Shown in pieces: positions 13,096-26,039 of a stretch of 64,000 nt of DNA; positions within the stretch are counted from its first letter, which is position 1, and the number at the start of each line of letters is the position of its first letter. The notes under the pieces are model-generated. The model saw only the letters and a list, made by a program, of their open reading frames with translations, did no database searches and was not told the origin of the DNA. A program made the position numbers and the translations under genes. The DNA lies in the NCBI GenBank assembly GCA_051294375.1, contig CM119266.1:19107657-19171656 (forward strand), in the 5' to 3' direction. This DNA comes from Paraspadella gotoi. Lineage: Eukaryota > Animalia > Chaetognatha.

Positions 13096-13769
13096 GGAGG
13101 AGAGAGAGGGAGGAGAGAGGAAGGAGAGAGAGAGAGGAGGAGAGAGAGAGAGAGATAGGGGAGGGAGCGGAGCGGAGGCGTTAGGAAATGAGGAGGTTCC
13201 TTTATCATTCCTTTATGACATGAGGCGGGAGGAGTCGTAAAGCAGTTCGCGTATCGAGTCATGGTGCAAAAAAATGGTGCGTTGATGGGCGTGGCCGAGA
13301 GGACCGAAGGGCGATGCTAATAGGGGGAAGGAGAAGAAGAAGAAGAAGAAGAAGAAGAAGAAGAAGAAGATGAGATTAGATATTGAATGCGTGAAAAGTG
13401 CAGTTCATCTTTTTTTCACTACCACAACTTCATTAAGATGCTGAATTTTTTTTGCCGCACTATTCGACTTTCAGTAAACATTCGAATCATCCTCTTTGTT
13501 ACGTACATTTAACACCGTTTTGTAAATAAGTTCATCGGTTATTATTACGTCTGAATAATTAGAAAAAGGCAAACAACGATTGATCTTTTAGAGAAGCCAA
13601 CAGCCAGGATTAAAAAAAAAAACAAAAAAACGACCTGGAGAAACAAACTCGTCCAAGTACATCGTCTGGTCTATCGCCGTCGGATTTTCATTGAGTCTCT
13701 TGATCTTCAACCAAGTTTTTTTTACCTTATTTTATCCTAAATTTGGAATCGAGTTAATTTTTAGATTTA

Positions 13770-13955
13770 AAGATTAAGTTCAACTTTAAGATTAAGGTTC
13801 GGGATTATATTAAGGATTAGTGATTAGTGCGAGGGATTAGGTTTAAGATTACGGTTAGGGGGTTTGGGTTAGAGAATAAGTTAGAGTTAAGGAATAGGTT
13901 AGAGGTTTGGTTTTAAATTAGGATTTGGGTTAGGGTTTGATATTAAGGTTAAACT
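13770..13955. repeat. Degenerate TTAGGG/TTAAGG array, remnant of the telomere-repeat MITE family
   Basis: Runs of TTAGGG, TTAAGG and TTAAGA like the interior of the elements at 14869 and 32670. No clear TIRs. Confidence 0.65.
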
Positions 13956-14440
13956 TAAGTTTTTGTTTTTTTTCATCCGTTTTCATTGTTCGCTTCGGCT
14001 TCATCGTCCTTTTTGAGTCGCGATTCTCAGTCCGAGACAAATTCGGGAATTTTCTATGGAAGAAGATGAGGAAGAGGAAGAAGAGGAGGAAGAGGGGAGA
14101 GAAAAGAGGGAAAGAGGATTGAAAAGTAAAAAAAAAGAAGAGGAAAAGAAGTGAATCAATTTTCATTTGCATATTGCAATATAGAAAAAAAAAAGGCGAA
14201 AACAGGATCATTCGGCCTCCATGAAAATTCCAATGAATCCGCTCTAAAGGATTTTTGATGCGTGTTTAAGTTTCTTTACTTTTTTTTTATTGACGATTGA
14301 TTATTTACTTCAAAGAATCCAAACTAAACTCTGGAGTCGTTCTTAGATAAACGACAACAGTAACATCACTCATTACGTTATTATTAATTTTTTTTTTATT
14401 TTAACAAAATATATTAGAGAATTGACAAAGTTTTTGTTTG

Positions 14441-14537
14441 CAACGAATTTTATTTATAGTTGAACAGACATGTTTCGACTTGTTTTACAAGTCTTCATCA
14501 GCGTTTTGACAGAATGGTTTAAAATTTGTGCATAAGA

Positions 14538-14601
<64 letters not shown>

Positions 14602-14860
14602 GGGTAAAAGTTTTCCAACAAAGTGGTGAGACAGAATAGTGGTCAGATGAGAGGACAGGTCAAGGTGAGGACAGATTGAATAAGTTGATTACTTCAACAA
14701 AATATATTAAACTTTTAGATTCCTTTTAAGATTTGGATAAATTTAGACTGATAATGTAAAACGAGTAATCTTCAAATTTTACATATTATCGAAGTATTTT
14801 GTAAATTTGTATTAAGAATTAAACTTCAAAAATCCTTTCGGCAGTCTTCATTACCCACGA
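14441..14860 (-). mobile_element. Decayed Penelope-like element 3' end
   Basis: Upstream of the hammerhead on the same strand, broken frames give NEDCRKDF...LKI...SFYIISLN..PNL, resembling the C-terminal end of a PLE GIY-YIG domain. It is interrupted by (AG)n and truncated by the MITE at 14869. Confidence 0.45.
14463..14505 (-). ncRNA. Minimal type I hammerhead ribozyme motif (Penelope-like)
   Basis: Minus strand reads AACG-CUGAUGA-A-GACUUG(UAAAA)CAAGUC-GAAA-CAUGUC-UGUU: intact core, 6-bp stem II, palindromic ACAUGU stem III, GUC site, 4-bp stem I. AATAAAATTCGTTG follows. Confidence 0.85.
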
Positions 14861-14868
14861 AAATGCTT

Positions 14869-15040
14869 GGCCTTATTTTCCAAAAGCGCCCCATATCTTT
14901 TTAAATTCGAAATTTTTTGTTTCAAGATTAGGTTAAAGATTAATATTAGGAATTATATTAAGGATAAGGTTAGGCATTTGGATAGGGATTAAGGATAGGG
15001 GTTAAGAAACTTAAATAGGGCGCTTTTAGAAAACAGAGCC
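14869..15040. mobile_element. MITE-like element with imperfect TIRs of about 23 bp around degenerate TTAGGG repeats
   Basis: GGCCTTATTTTCCAAAAGCGCCC ... GGGCGCTTTTAGAAAACAGAGCC. Confidence 0.75.
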
Positions 15041-15137
15041 GAATTCTCTTTTCATCTCTTTTCCCTTTTAGCCTTCACTGACGCTTATTCCCCTTCTTTT
15101 AAATGTTGGCCTCGATTCTGACTTCAGACTTCTTTTT

Positions 15138-15177
<40 letters not shown>

Positions 15178-16045
15178 GCTCTCTCTCTCTTCTCTCTGCT
15201 CTCTCTCTTCTCTCTCTCTCTCTCCACTCTCCTCTCTCCTTTCTTTCTTCTCCATCCTTCTTTCCGTCTATCCCTACTTTCCTCCCTCCCCCCTTCAGCT
15301 TCCTCCTCCATCCCTGCTCCCCCTGTGGTTCTCTGCCTGGAGAGTCGAGGCAATGAAATTTGTTGCTGCTTAAACAGGGTCCTAAAGCCCTTTGGAGATA
15401 ATTGATCCTTTGCCCCTCGCGCTCCCTTGACACCCAGCCGCTTGAGCGTTGCAGAAGCACTTTTTTTTTTCTTTCGCGGCCGTTGCACTTGTTTGCTGCA
15501 GAGATGCGGCAGAGATGCTGCCGCTGCAGCAACTTTTAAGCCATTNNNNNNNNNNNNNNNNNNNNNNNNNNNNNNNNNNNNNAAAGAGAGAGATGCAGAA
15601 GAAAAAAAAATAAGGGGAAGAAAATTATGTTAGTTTTCTTAATAAACATAGCGTTCTGGACAAGAAAAACATCAAAAACGTCTCTGCGTCCATCTCTCGT
15701 CCCACTCTCATCCTCTCACTCGGCACGCACCGTCTCGCTCTCTCTCTCTCTCTCTTCTCTCTTCTCTCTCTCTCTCGTCTCTCCATTTTCCTTTTTTTTC
15801 CATCCTTTTTTTCCCTTTCTGTCAAAAGAAACAAATGATTAATAAATGAAGGATTTGAACATGTTAGCAAGAGTAGTTTATCGTGATGTCGTGAACGCGT
15901 ACGACCCTTCGATCACGTGACGACGACGATAATCAAGTCTCGAGGTCACGTGACGGAATCTCGTCTCGAGGGCGACGATGGCATCGATGCCATCGTTGGG
16001 ACGCGAGGATCGAGAAAAGACGCTAATTGGCTGCCAATCAAATAA

Positions 16046-16084
<39 letters not shown>

Positions 16085-16374
16085 AAGACCTGATGAAGAT
16101 CCCTATGGTGAGAGCAACGGAGAGATAAGGATTAAGGTGTCCGCCTTTCATCGGGATTTTTGGTTGGGAAAGATTAAAATGATAAAAATTGATATTGAGA
16201 TATACTACTCTCTCTAACTGTGTAGCCCATTTTAACAAATTTTATCGTGAATGTGGGTAATTGAGAATGAATTGACTAATAAAAAAATACGCGATTTTGA
16301 AATTCAAATATTATTTTAAAAATACTATGATAGTGTTGCTGTAAGTATTTAAACGGGATGTGAGAAAAGGTGAG

Positions 16375-16466
16375 GTGAAGAAGCTGAAGTGAAGAAGCGG
16401 AAATGAAGAAGCGGAAGTGAAGAAGCGGAAGTGAAGAAGCGGAAGTGAAGAAGCGGAAGTGAAGCA
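16375..16466. repeat. 14-bp tandem repeat GAAGCGGAAGTGAA, about 6 copies
   Basis: Directly visible. Most units contain an ETS-like CGGAAGTG. Confidence 0.85.
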
Positions 16467-18733
16467 GCGAATGCGAGCAGATAAGGAGGTGAGTCGTTTT
16501 CTTTTCAGGTCGAACAAGGTTTTCGGCTTTGGGTTCTCTTCCTGCCGCAGGATAAATCGTAAACAAAGACTTGAAAATTATATTGAGAAACTTAAAATGC
16601 TAATTTAATTTGGACAAGCTATAACTTCGTGAGTGGAGAAAAGTGAATTTAATCTCCAACTTTCTTTTCGGTTTACACTTTACAGTTTATTTTTTTAACA
16701 ACATCGTCAAAAATCCGTTGCACTTAAGGATTTTTTTTTATTATCAGCAAAGCTAAATCAAATTTTTGGGTCTCACTGTAGTACACAATCATCATGTCCA
16801 ACTAAAACGCGGTTTTTTTATCTTTTCTATTTCATTTGCTTTAACACTAATTTAGGTTTCTTATCTCNNNNNNNNNNNNNNNNNNNNNNNNNTCGCCTCC
16901 CCCCCCCCGCGAAACCCGCATGCACTATAAAACGTTTTTTCGCCCTTATTTGGCGTCTCTGCCTTTTGCGTCCGGCCAGCCGTCAATCAACCGCCTTTTG
17001 GGGCAGAAATCAGCGTCAGGAGGAGAGAGCAGAGGGGGGAGAGAGGGGAGAGAGAAAGAGATAGACGAGAGAGCAGTTGATTCTGACGAGACGGAGAGAG
17101 AGAGATGAGAGAGAACAGAGAGAGAGAGAGAGATGAAGAGAGAGAGACGAGAGAGAGAGAGGAAAAGATAGGGAGAGAGAGAGGGGCGAGAGAGAAAGAG
17201 AGAAGAGAGAGCACGACTGACGAGAGAGAAATGAGAGAGAGGAAAGAGAGAGAGAGAAGAGAGAGCAGAGAGAGAGAAGGGGAGAGGAAATTAGAATGAG
17301 AGAAGAAAGGCAAGAATTAGAGGTATAAATTTAGGATTTTGGGAGGAATAAGAGGGAGAGATGAGATGAGAGAGAGAGAGAGAGAGAACGATAGAAACCT
17401 AATAGTGTTTAAAGGCAAATAAATAGAAAGATTAAAAAAACGCGTTTTAGCGTTGGAAATCGGGAGGGCGAGAATGGTGGGAGTGGGACGAGGGGCGATG
17501 ATCAGAGTTGATGGAGGAAAGGGATAAGAGTGATGTAGTCTAAAGTAAGAGAGATCGTAGGCTGCTGGGGTAAAAGATCCGTTCAGGCTGAAGTGATTAT
17601 CCAGAGTGAAAGATACCAAGTCAATCAGAAGGACATTAGTCGGACAAAGCACCGATGAAACCTTTTTGTTCACGCATTATGAAAGGACAAAAATGTTTTT
17701 TTGTTTTTTTTGCCTAATCCAAAGTGTAGCTAAATAATAATAGGCCTAAATTTAAAAATCTTTCTTTTTCTCTTCACGTAACTCGTTTTCATCCTACTTT
17801 CAGAATTAATTCTTCTTTTTCTCTTCTTTTCGTTTCTCTCTTTCGATATCGAACAAATTGTTCGGGAAACGATAAAAGTTTCCGGCCGCCGCCGCCGCCG
17901 CCGCCGCCGCCCATCGTCGTCGTCGTCGTCGTCGTGTTCGTCGTCGCCGTTCGTCGTCGTGTGAGAATTAAAATTCTTTAGCCTACGTTGCGTTCGCTCT
18001 CTCTCAGTCTCACTCTACTCTCAACTCTCTCTCAGTCACACTCTCTCTCAGTCTCACTTCTCATCACTCTCTCATCAGTCTCACTCTCTCTCAGTCCTCA
18101 CTCTCTCGTCACTCTCTCTCAGTCTCACTCTCTCTCACTCTCTCTTCAGTCTCACTCCTCTCTCACATTCTCTCAGTCTCACTCTCTTCACTTCTCTCTC
18201 AGCTCTCACTATCTCTCACTTCTCTCAGTCTCACTCTCTCCTCACTCTCTCATCAGTCTCAACTCCTCATCAGCTCCATTCAATCACTTTGCTCTTTTAG
18301 TCTCTCCTCCTCTTTCGCTTTATTTCGCCTGCCGTTAGCTGGAGTCTGCCATCCTGTAGCCTCCACGATACCGACATACTTATTCCCGTCTGCCCCCCCC
18401 TGTCCCCTCCACTCCCAGACCTCTTATTTGACCGATCACCCACTCCCTCCCCCAAATCGTCCGGGAACATGAAGTCCGGCGATCAACTCCCTCGACGCGC
18501 TTTGACTTCCGAGACCGTGGAGAGAATCCAAGTTCCAATTCTCGTCAGAATGAATGGCGAAAGATTTCCGTTCTTAATTTCGAACAAATTTCTTAATTAC
18601 TAAATGATTGGTACAACCGGTATATAATTATCCTTGATTTAATAATATAGCTCACGATGTCAGCCGAGAAGCACTCACCTAGTAGTCGTTCCATTGGTTA
18701 CGATTAGATAAATCACTCTGGTTATATATCTCA

Positions 18734-20660
18734 TTGAACGGAGGCCGTTGGAGAACGCATCAGTCGTTCTTGCTCGTGATGCTGTTGGGCGCGGCCGCGC
18801 TTTCCCTCGTCGATGTTCTGATTGGCGCGAATGCAAGCTGCTTTCGTGCAGGGCTCTTTAGGACTTGGCGGGCGCCTCCGGTTGCAGCAATTACGCAAGA
18901 AGTGTAATGTGAGGTTTTACGCGTTTATAGACGAGAGAAGTGTAACACTTGTTATTTTAAGGCCAGGGCAGGGACGCTTCACAACGGCGGCGGTTTCGCG
19001 CGCGCACGCCCGCTTCGAGGAAACTGCGTGTGGCGCTCGTCGTAATAATACGATAGTTGATATATTTGAATTGTGGTAACACACAACGGACGTAACGCGT
19101 CTCCCTGACGACAAAGGAATTTTCCGAACGATTTCGCGTGGGACGAAGACGTGGGGAATCGCATTGAAGGCGGCGAGCGGCGTCGACCCCAAAGAGCCGA
19201 GAAGACATTTTTGAGCAACTTTACCCAAAAGGGGGGCGGCGTCGATCGTCACGAGCCTCGAGGGAGGAATGCTGGAGTTTCTCGTCGACGGAGTATCGCC
19301 TCGGTGTCGCAAGGAGGTTGGATTGTCAGAGCTTTTTAGGGAGGTGAGCCTGTGGTTAGCAGGGCATGTGCTCAAAGTTTCCACGCTGATGTGAATATGG
19401 GTCGCGAGAGAGGTCGAGTTTGACGAAGAATTCGGAACTTGAAATTTCAGTACGCTAAAGACTTCTATCAGCATAATTGATAAAATATAATTAAACCTCG
19501 TACTTAGATTTAGAATCTGGCAAATTATTATTGTTGACTGTTTTTGCCAAAAACTAAATCCATTAACACAATCAATAACATTTTTAGCCGGCTAAACCTC
19601 ATTAAGAATTCACGAACTTGGGATTGGGCGAAGTGGCGCGCCTTCTCGACATCCATGAACGACGTGGCGCGATAGCCAACGGGCTTCGCGGGCGACCTTA
19701 GATGCTTCCGCGTGCGCTACCTCGACCACGATCCCTGCGGCAAAAGTTTCTCTCGAGGAAGAGATGTTGGATATTCGTGATCGGACTTGATCGAGGCGTG
19801 ATCCGTCGCGCCTCGACGGCCGTCTCCAACCAGATCCAGTCCCGCGACGACTTTGTCCTCGAGATCCACCCTGTACGCAGACGACCACTTTACCTCCCGC
19901 GGGGTGCTTACTACAAGGAACGCTTTAGAGATGGCAGCAAAACGCGGGCAAATTTTTATCTGCAACGTTGCTTGTCCTTCGCCTCGAAAAGATCCAAGTA
20001 ACAACTTCTCGCGTAAACGCTTCTGTCTCCACGAGGCCGGAGCCGGCCATCACACGCAGACCGTCCGAGCGGGCTGTCCGCGGAGGATCTCCGCGGAATT
20101 TAGGCGTTATGTACATGGTGGCCCGCTGGGTCGGAAGGCAGGCGTGCAACGATTTCCCGTTTTCAACAGCTTTTCAACGAGGGATGGGCTCTGTTGCCGG
20201 AGTCGCTCGGCAACGGGGAGTTTGGGGCTGCTAGCGGACGACGGTGCCCTTTGGAACGTTTTGGAGCCAACATTTCCGATTTAGCGGGGCGAATGGCGTT
20301 ACGCTCTGCGTGTTTGGACCCCCACCGGGGTCTCTCGACCACGCCTTTGGGTGGGAAGCAATGGAAAAAGGCCGTCGGGATTATTTCGTGAAAACTTGCC
20401 CTTTGCGTATCGGGTGCAGAGAAATGCACAGCTGAGGTTGATCGCTACGTGGCATATTCCGCGGTCAAGCTTGCTCCTACAAAGGATTGGGAGCATGACC
20501 TATTTCAATCGACTGGCGTGGAGAGCGGGGTTCGACTGGGCGATCCATTTTGACCTTAAAGACTTTTCATCGGGAGGTTTCTGGGACGGGAGGAAGTGCT
20601 GTCGCTGAACACGCCTGGAAACTGTAGTACATGAACTAACATAGATAAGCTTTGGGGGGC
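18734..20660 (+). CDS. DUF885 family protein (zincin-like putative metallopeptidase), probably secreted, 3 putative exons; reading frame broken by many indels (raw-read errors or pseudogene)
   Basis: Frame-hopping translation gives family motifs in the expected order: AKDFYQ (~19455), IHELG..EVAR (19608), GAYY...DGS...F (~19903), LHEAGAGHHTQ (20027-20059), TAF.EGWAL..ESLG (~20167-20211), PLERFG, HAFGW, KA.DYF, AEVDRY (20431), GQACSYK (20463-20483), FDLKDF (20549). Hydrophobic leader SFLLVMLLGAAALSLV. AT-rich GT-AG introns at 18914-18961 and 19500-19587. Ends are approximate. Confidence 0.85.
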
Positions 20661-21589
20661 TCGAAAAAATTGGAATATCTGATATATCTGATTTTCCAAA
20701 AATAAAATTGGGTGTATAACGTTTTATTTCCATATAAGTTAAGTGTTAGTTTACGTTCAGGGGATAATTTGAAGGGTACAAATAGATTGTAACAAATAAT
20801 GTGCGATAATCGATGGCATCCACTTGGGAAGAAATATTTACAAATTACATTTCGTGCATTCCGGGAGTTTACTTAGTTTAAATTACCTTTAAACACAGAA
20901 ATTTTTAAATTACCTTTAAAGCACAAAATTTTTTCAGAGGTAAAAATATTAATTTTCTTTGTTTTNNNNNNNNNNNNNNNNNNNNNNNNNATTGATTTAA
21001 TAAATAAGCTACGATGTCAGCCGAAAGATAAAAGCCCATTTACGAAATACATATTAATTTATTATAAAGCGTTCTTCTTTTCTTAATTTTTTACATTTTT
21101 TGAAATTTTAAATCTTAAAGTAATGTTTTTAAAAAATGTGTACTACTCCCGATTCAATGCAAATAATATTTTAAAAGCTGAATGAAAAAAACAGTGCTTT
21201 ATTATTAAAAATAAATATATTTTTTTAACTTTTGTGTGAAATTTGATTTGCCGAATTTGATTGCTTTTCACCGATGTTTTTTTGTTGTTGTTGTGAAAGT
21301 AAGGAGAAAATAAAATAGAGCGAATAAAAGGAGAAAAGCTTGAAAAATTTGATGTTGTCGAAGACTAGGATAATAAAAGGAAGAAGGAGACGATGAAAAT
21401 AAAAAAAGAAGGAGACGAAAAAAATAAAAAGAAGAAGGAGACGAAGAAAATAAAAAAAGAAGGAGACGAAGAAAATAAAAAAGAAGATGAAACTGCGGTG
21501 GAGGCGGAAGAGAATTTGTAAATGTAAAACCTAATTTATCTTCTCACCTGAAGAGAAAAAGTCAGACGACAGAGGGAGGAGTCGGGAGA

Positions 21590-22010
21590 AGGAAGAGAAT
21601 ACAGGGTGCTCCGCGGAGGTTGGAGAAAAGGAGGAGGGGGAAGGAAGAGTATACAGGGTGCTACGCGGAAGTCATAAGGAGGAGTCGGGAGAAGAAGAGA
21701 ATACAGGATGCTACGCGGAGGTTGGAGTAAAGGAGGAGGGGGAAGGAAGAAAATAAAGGGTGCTACGCGGAAGTTGGAGAAAAGGGAGGAGGCGGGAAGG
21801 ACAGAGAATACAAGGGTGGCTAACGCGGAAGCATAAGGCAGGAGTTTGGTGGAGAAAGAAGAGAATACAGGGTGACTATGCGGAGTTGGAGAAAAGGAGA
21901 GGGGAAGGAAGACAATAAAAGGTGCTAGCGGAAGCTTGGAGAAAAGGAGGAGGGGGAAGAGAAAGATAAATACAGGTGCCAGGAGGAAGTTTTGGAGAAA
22001 AGAGAGGAGA
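21590..22010. repeat. Purine-rich minisatellite, unit about 50-60 bp, about 8 copies
   Basis: Recurring AAGAGAATACAGGGTGCTACGCGGAAGTTGGAGAAAAGGAGGAGG; the later copies are noisy. Confidence 0.9.
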
Positions 22011-22779
22011 AGGAAGGATTTGGTCTGTCATGGAGATACAGACGTGTGGTTTTAAAGACAACTCCTGTTCTGTGAAATAATGAGGAAGAAGTGACGGGAA
22101 AAGATGGAGATTAAAGTTATCATAAGACCAAGAGCGTTTAGTTTTAGAAAGGAAATTTTCGGTTTCAATTTAATCCAAGTTGAGGGGAAAAATAAATTCT
22201 TCTACTCAAAAAACAGATTTTCGCGATGGGACGAAAAAAAAAGAAGAACAGGAGAAGAAATTATAAAGAGAGACTCGTGGGTCGAGTCAGAGGTACGAAG
22301 TTCGAAGTTCGGACCAGTTGCCAACTGTCGGGGAGGAAACGTCGAGGATGAGAAGAAAGAAATATATTTGAAATTAGAAATTAAAAAGAAAAAGGAAAAA
22401 GAGAAAAGAGAAAGATGGGATAACGATTTAAAAAAATGTTCGAATATGATTGGAAATTTGTGATGTGTAAACTGCTCGCTACTTTTTTTCCCCTTCTTTT
22501 TCGATTTGATCTCATTGTTCTGATTCTCTCCTCGAAATTGATTCGCCTCTCTCTTNNNNNNNNNNNNNNNNNNNNNNNNNNNNNNNNNNNNNNNNNNNNN
22601 NNNNNNNNNNNNNNNNNNNNNNNNNNNNNNNNNNNNNNNNNNNNNNNNNNNNNNNNNNNNNNNNNNNNNNNNNNNNNNNNNNNNNNNNNNNNNNNNNNNN
22701 NNNNNNNNNNNNNNNNNNNNNNNNNNNTCTTTTGGCAGAAGCGAGATTGAAATCAAAGGAGCTTTCCTCTCACAATCAC

Positions 22780-22831
<52 letters not shown>

Positions 22832-23174
22832 AAATTCAACGAAAAAATACGACGGGTGAGACGTTGAGGAAAGAAACGGTGATGATCATCCCTAAAACGA
22901 TGACAAAGATTCTCTTGTTACCAAGAGAACTCTTCGAATTGACGTCATACCTAATATTGTTGTAGAAAAATGATACAGATTTTTATATTTAAGAGAATTC
23001 ACTGAAATTTCAATAATCTTTTTCCCCCGTTTAGTTTACTTTTAACGAGTAATTTCACTTTATTTTGTTTTGATGTCTCGATTCTTCTTTTCTTTTTAAC
23101 ATTATTTTCATGAAACTCATTTTCTATCATATTTCTGAATCCTTTTCTGCCTCCTCTTCCTCATCTTCCTTTTC

Positions 23175-23275
<101 letters not shown>

Positions 23276-24534
23276 TCCGCGGTTCCAGCGGCCCTAATTG
23301 CATTTCCGGTCTAAAGCAAACGTCGATCCATCTCCATCCAATTAGAGGCTATAATTAGGTGAAGAAGACGGGGAAGGGGAGGAAGAAGAGGAGGAAGAAG
23401 AGGAAGAGGAAGAGGAATAGGAGGAAGTAGATGAAGAAGAAGAAGAATAGGAGGGAGTAGATGAAGAAGAGGAGGAGGAAGAAGTAGAGGAAGAAAAAGA
23501 AGAGTAGTAAAGAGAAGAAGAACGGTATTTCCAATATGTTGCGTCGCAGCGATTCTCTTATCACGTGTATTTTTTAGTAATACCGTAACTACTTTGACTT
23601 CCTTCAACAGTTGATCTGTTCAACTGTTCAACTGTTCAATTGTTCAAAAATAACAAAGGAGCAACCAAAGGAAGGTTAGAGAGTTGGTTCATCAAAATAT
23701 CAAGTTTGTTATTCCGGAACTAATATGAAACATATGCACATAAAAGGTTTTATAGTACCTTAACCTCCTACTAAATATGAACTAAATTGATGAAATTTTA
23801 TCGGAGTTATGAGCATCTTTAACGTAAGTAGGACTGACCGACCGACTGAAAAGTGACTTATTTAGAGAGAGAAGAAAGAGAAGAAACGAAAAAGAGCAAA
23901 GCATTTCTACCAATGTAAAATTGGGTTTTTCTTTTAAGTTACACAAATCATTTAGTGAATTTCAAGTCGGTTCGGTAATCGTTCCTAATAATTTGTTTAT
24001 GAATTTCAGTCTCACAAATTTTCGCCTTTTTTTATTCAATTTTAACGTTTAAAATCTTTCTCTTTAATTCCAGCCTTCGGCGGGAGAAAAAATTCCTATA
24101 GAGGCATGAGAGAGAGAGAAAAGACACGAGAGAGAGAGAGAGACGACGAGGATGAGAGAAGAGAGAGAGACGAGAAGATGAAGAGAGAGAGAGGCGAGAG
24201 AGAGAGAGAGAGACGATTGATCCTCAAACCGTAATTCTGCCGCTTAAGACCTAATTTACGACGCCGAAGCAGAGAGTCACGTATATTGAGCATCGGAAAG
24301 TGGAAAACCCGGAGTTGGAGAGGAAAAGGGTGGCGGGGGTGGTAGGCGGGAGCGAAATAGATTGGAAAACGGAGTGGGAGGAAAGGAGGGGAGGGCCGGC
24401 GGGATTGAGAAGAAAAGGAAGGAGAAAAGGCGAAGGAAGTTTGAGGGAGGAAAGTTAAAGAGAAAGAGGAAAGGAGAAAGGGAAAAGAAGAGAAGTAAAG
24501 CAAAAGTGAAAAAAAATGCTAAAATAGATCTTTT

Positions 24535-24715
24535 GATACAATTCAAACATTATTTTAAATAATATACCACCTTATTGATAAGGAAGACACTGTAGGAGGA
24601 ATTAAAGACTGCAAGTCTTGATTGAAAGTTTGCAAGGTCCTGCTATGTTTTTACCGAGTAAGAGGGATGGAAGTTTTAACTCACCAAAGTTGAGGGCAAG
24701 ATAGCTTATTTATTA
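24535..24715 (+). mobile_element. Retroelement-tail repeat, copy 2
   Basis: CTTGATTGAAAGTTTGCAAGGTCCTGCTATG...AAGAGGGATGG...GGGCAAGATAGCTTATTTATTAAA. Confidence 0.7.
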
Positions 24716-26039
24716 AATGATTGGATAATCTTTAATATTTGTCGAACGAATTTCATTTGAGAAATAAAGAAAAAGAAAAAAAAGGAATTGGAGGAAAGGA
24801 AGAGAAAAGAGGAAGAGAAGAAGAGAAGAAAGGGAGGCTGCGGCGGGGTGCTCCGGCAGCGGCGGGCTGCGGCGGTCGGCCGCAGGAGGAAGCGACGGGT
24901 TATCCCTGTCTCTCGTCTTCCTCGATCTGTCCCGTTACACAATAGAGAGACGTGTTAATCTTCAAAACTGATCCCTTGAGATGAGATGATATTAGGAAGG
25001 GGTTATGCACCAATGGGAGGAGGAGGAGGAGGAGGAAGAGGAGGAGGAGGAGGGAGGAAGGAAGAGGATTCTCGAAAAATGGGAAGATGTGCCAGTTCTG
25101 AACCGGGAGAGAAAACGTGCCTTAAATTGGGAAGTGAGTCTTTTTTCAAAATCGAATTAATGGGAGAAATGATCGGGTTCTTTCCCTTTTTACGTCAGCG
25201 CCTTCGCGGCTTCGGGTTTAAAGATTTACTTTTTTAGTTTTTTTTTAGCTTTTTTTTTATTTCTCACAGTTTAACAGTTTTAAAAACAGTAAAGTAGTAT
25301 ACTTAACTTCATTTGAGATTACCTACAAGACGAAATTGATGATATGACTTAGTAGTACAACACCAAAACAGCTATGACATCATGACATCATTAACGTGAG
25401 TGTCATGAAATTGAATTTCAATGTAATATCATTAAAATGAAAAAAACAAAACATAAAAAGTTCATCAGAAGGGTAAACACTAAACACTAATCATAATCTT
25501 GACTTTTCTTAAGTTAGAAAAGAAAAAATATCTAAAGACACAAATATTGAATAAACCTAAAAAAATTTTGTTCTTCGATGATTTTTGTTTAGAAATAATT
25601 TTTGTGGTAATACATGAAATAAGTAATTTATAAATAAACAATTCGAAAGTACTAATCTATATCTTATCTAGCATTTAAAACGTTGCATCTAATTACATAT
25701 TTTATTACAGTGGATCTCCTGAGAACCTGATATAAACATATAGTTGGCGGGATCTCGTAAAAAACATAAACATCGGAAAAAACGTTGAGAGAAGCAAATT
25801 TAATCTTCCGCCATTAAAACTCGTTACGTCCTCGTAATTCGCGTCGCAGTTTTTGGCAACGAAAAAAAAAAAGACGACGACGACGAAAAAGACGATGACG
25901 ACGATGATCCCTAGGACGGGGGGATGATAATAACGAAGAGTTAAGCTAAAATACGCCAACACGCCACGCCGACAACACGCCACGCTGCCAGCGTCACGTT
26001 CCCGGCAAATTTTAACTCGTAAAAAAAGGTAAAAAAAAA

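Noticed and set aside
16090-16125. Other CTGATGA occurrences (also about 1482 and 49960)
   Set aside because: They lack a paired stem II followed by GAAA and a cleavage triplet, so they are not hammerheads.
16489-16508. 20-nt GTGAGT...TTTTCAG mini-intron
   Set aside because: It is far shorter than the introns in the supported gene models here and has no coding context.
18917-19474. 185-aa minus-strand ORF
   Set aside because: It is the antisense shadow of the GC-rich DUF885 exon and has no recognisable motif.
19755-20060. PGRP-like (DVGY..FVIG) or CAP-like (GHHTQ) motif readings
   Set aside because: These are isolated resemblances. The ordered DUF885 motif series explains the region much better.
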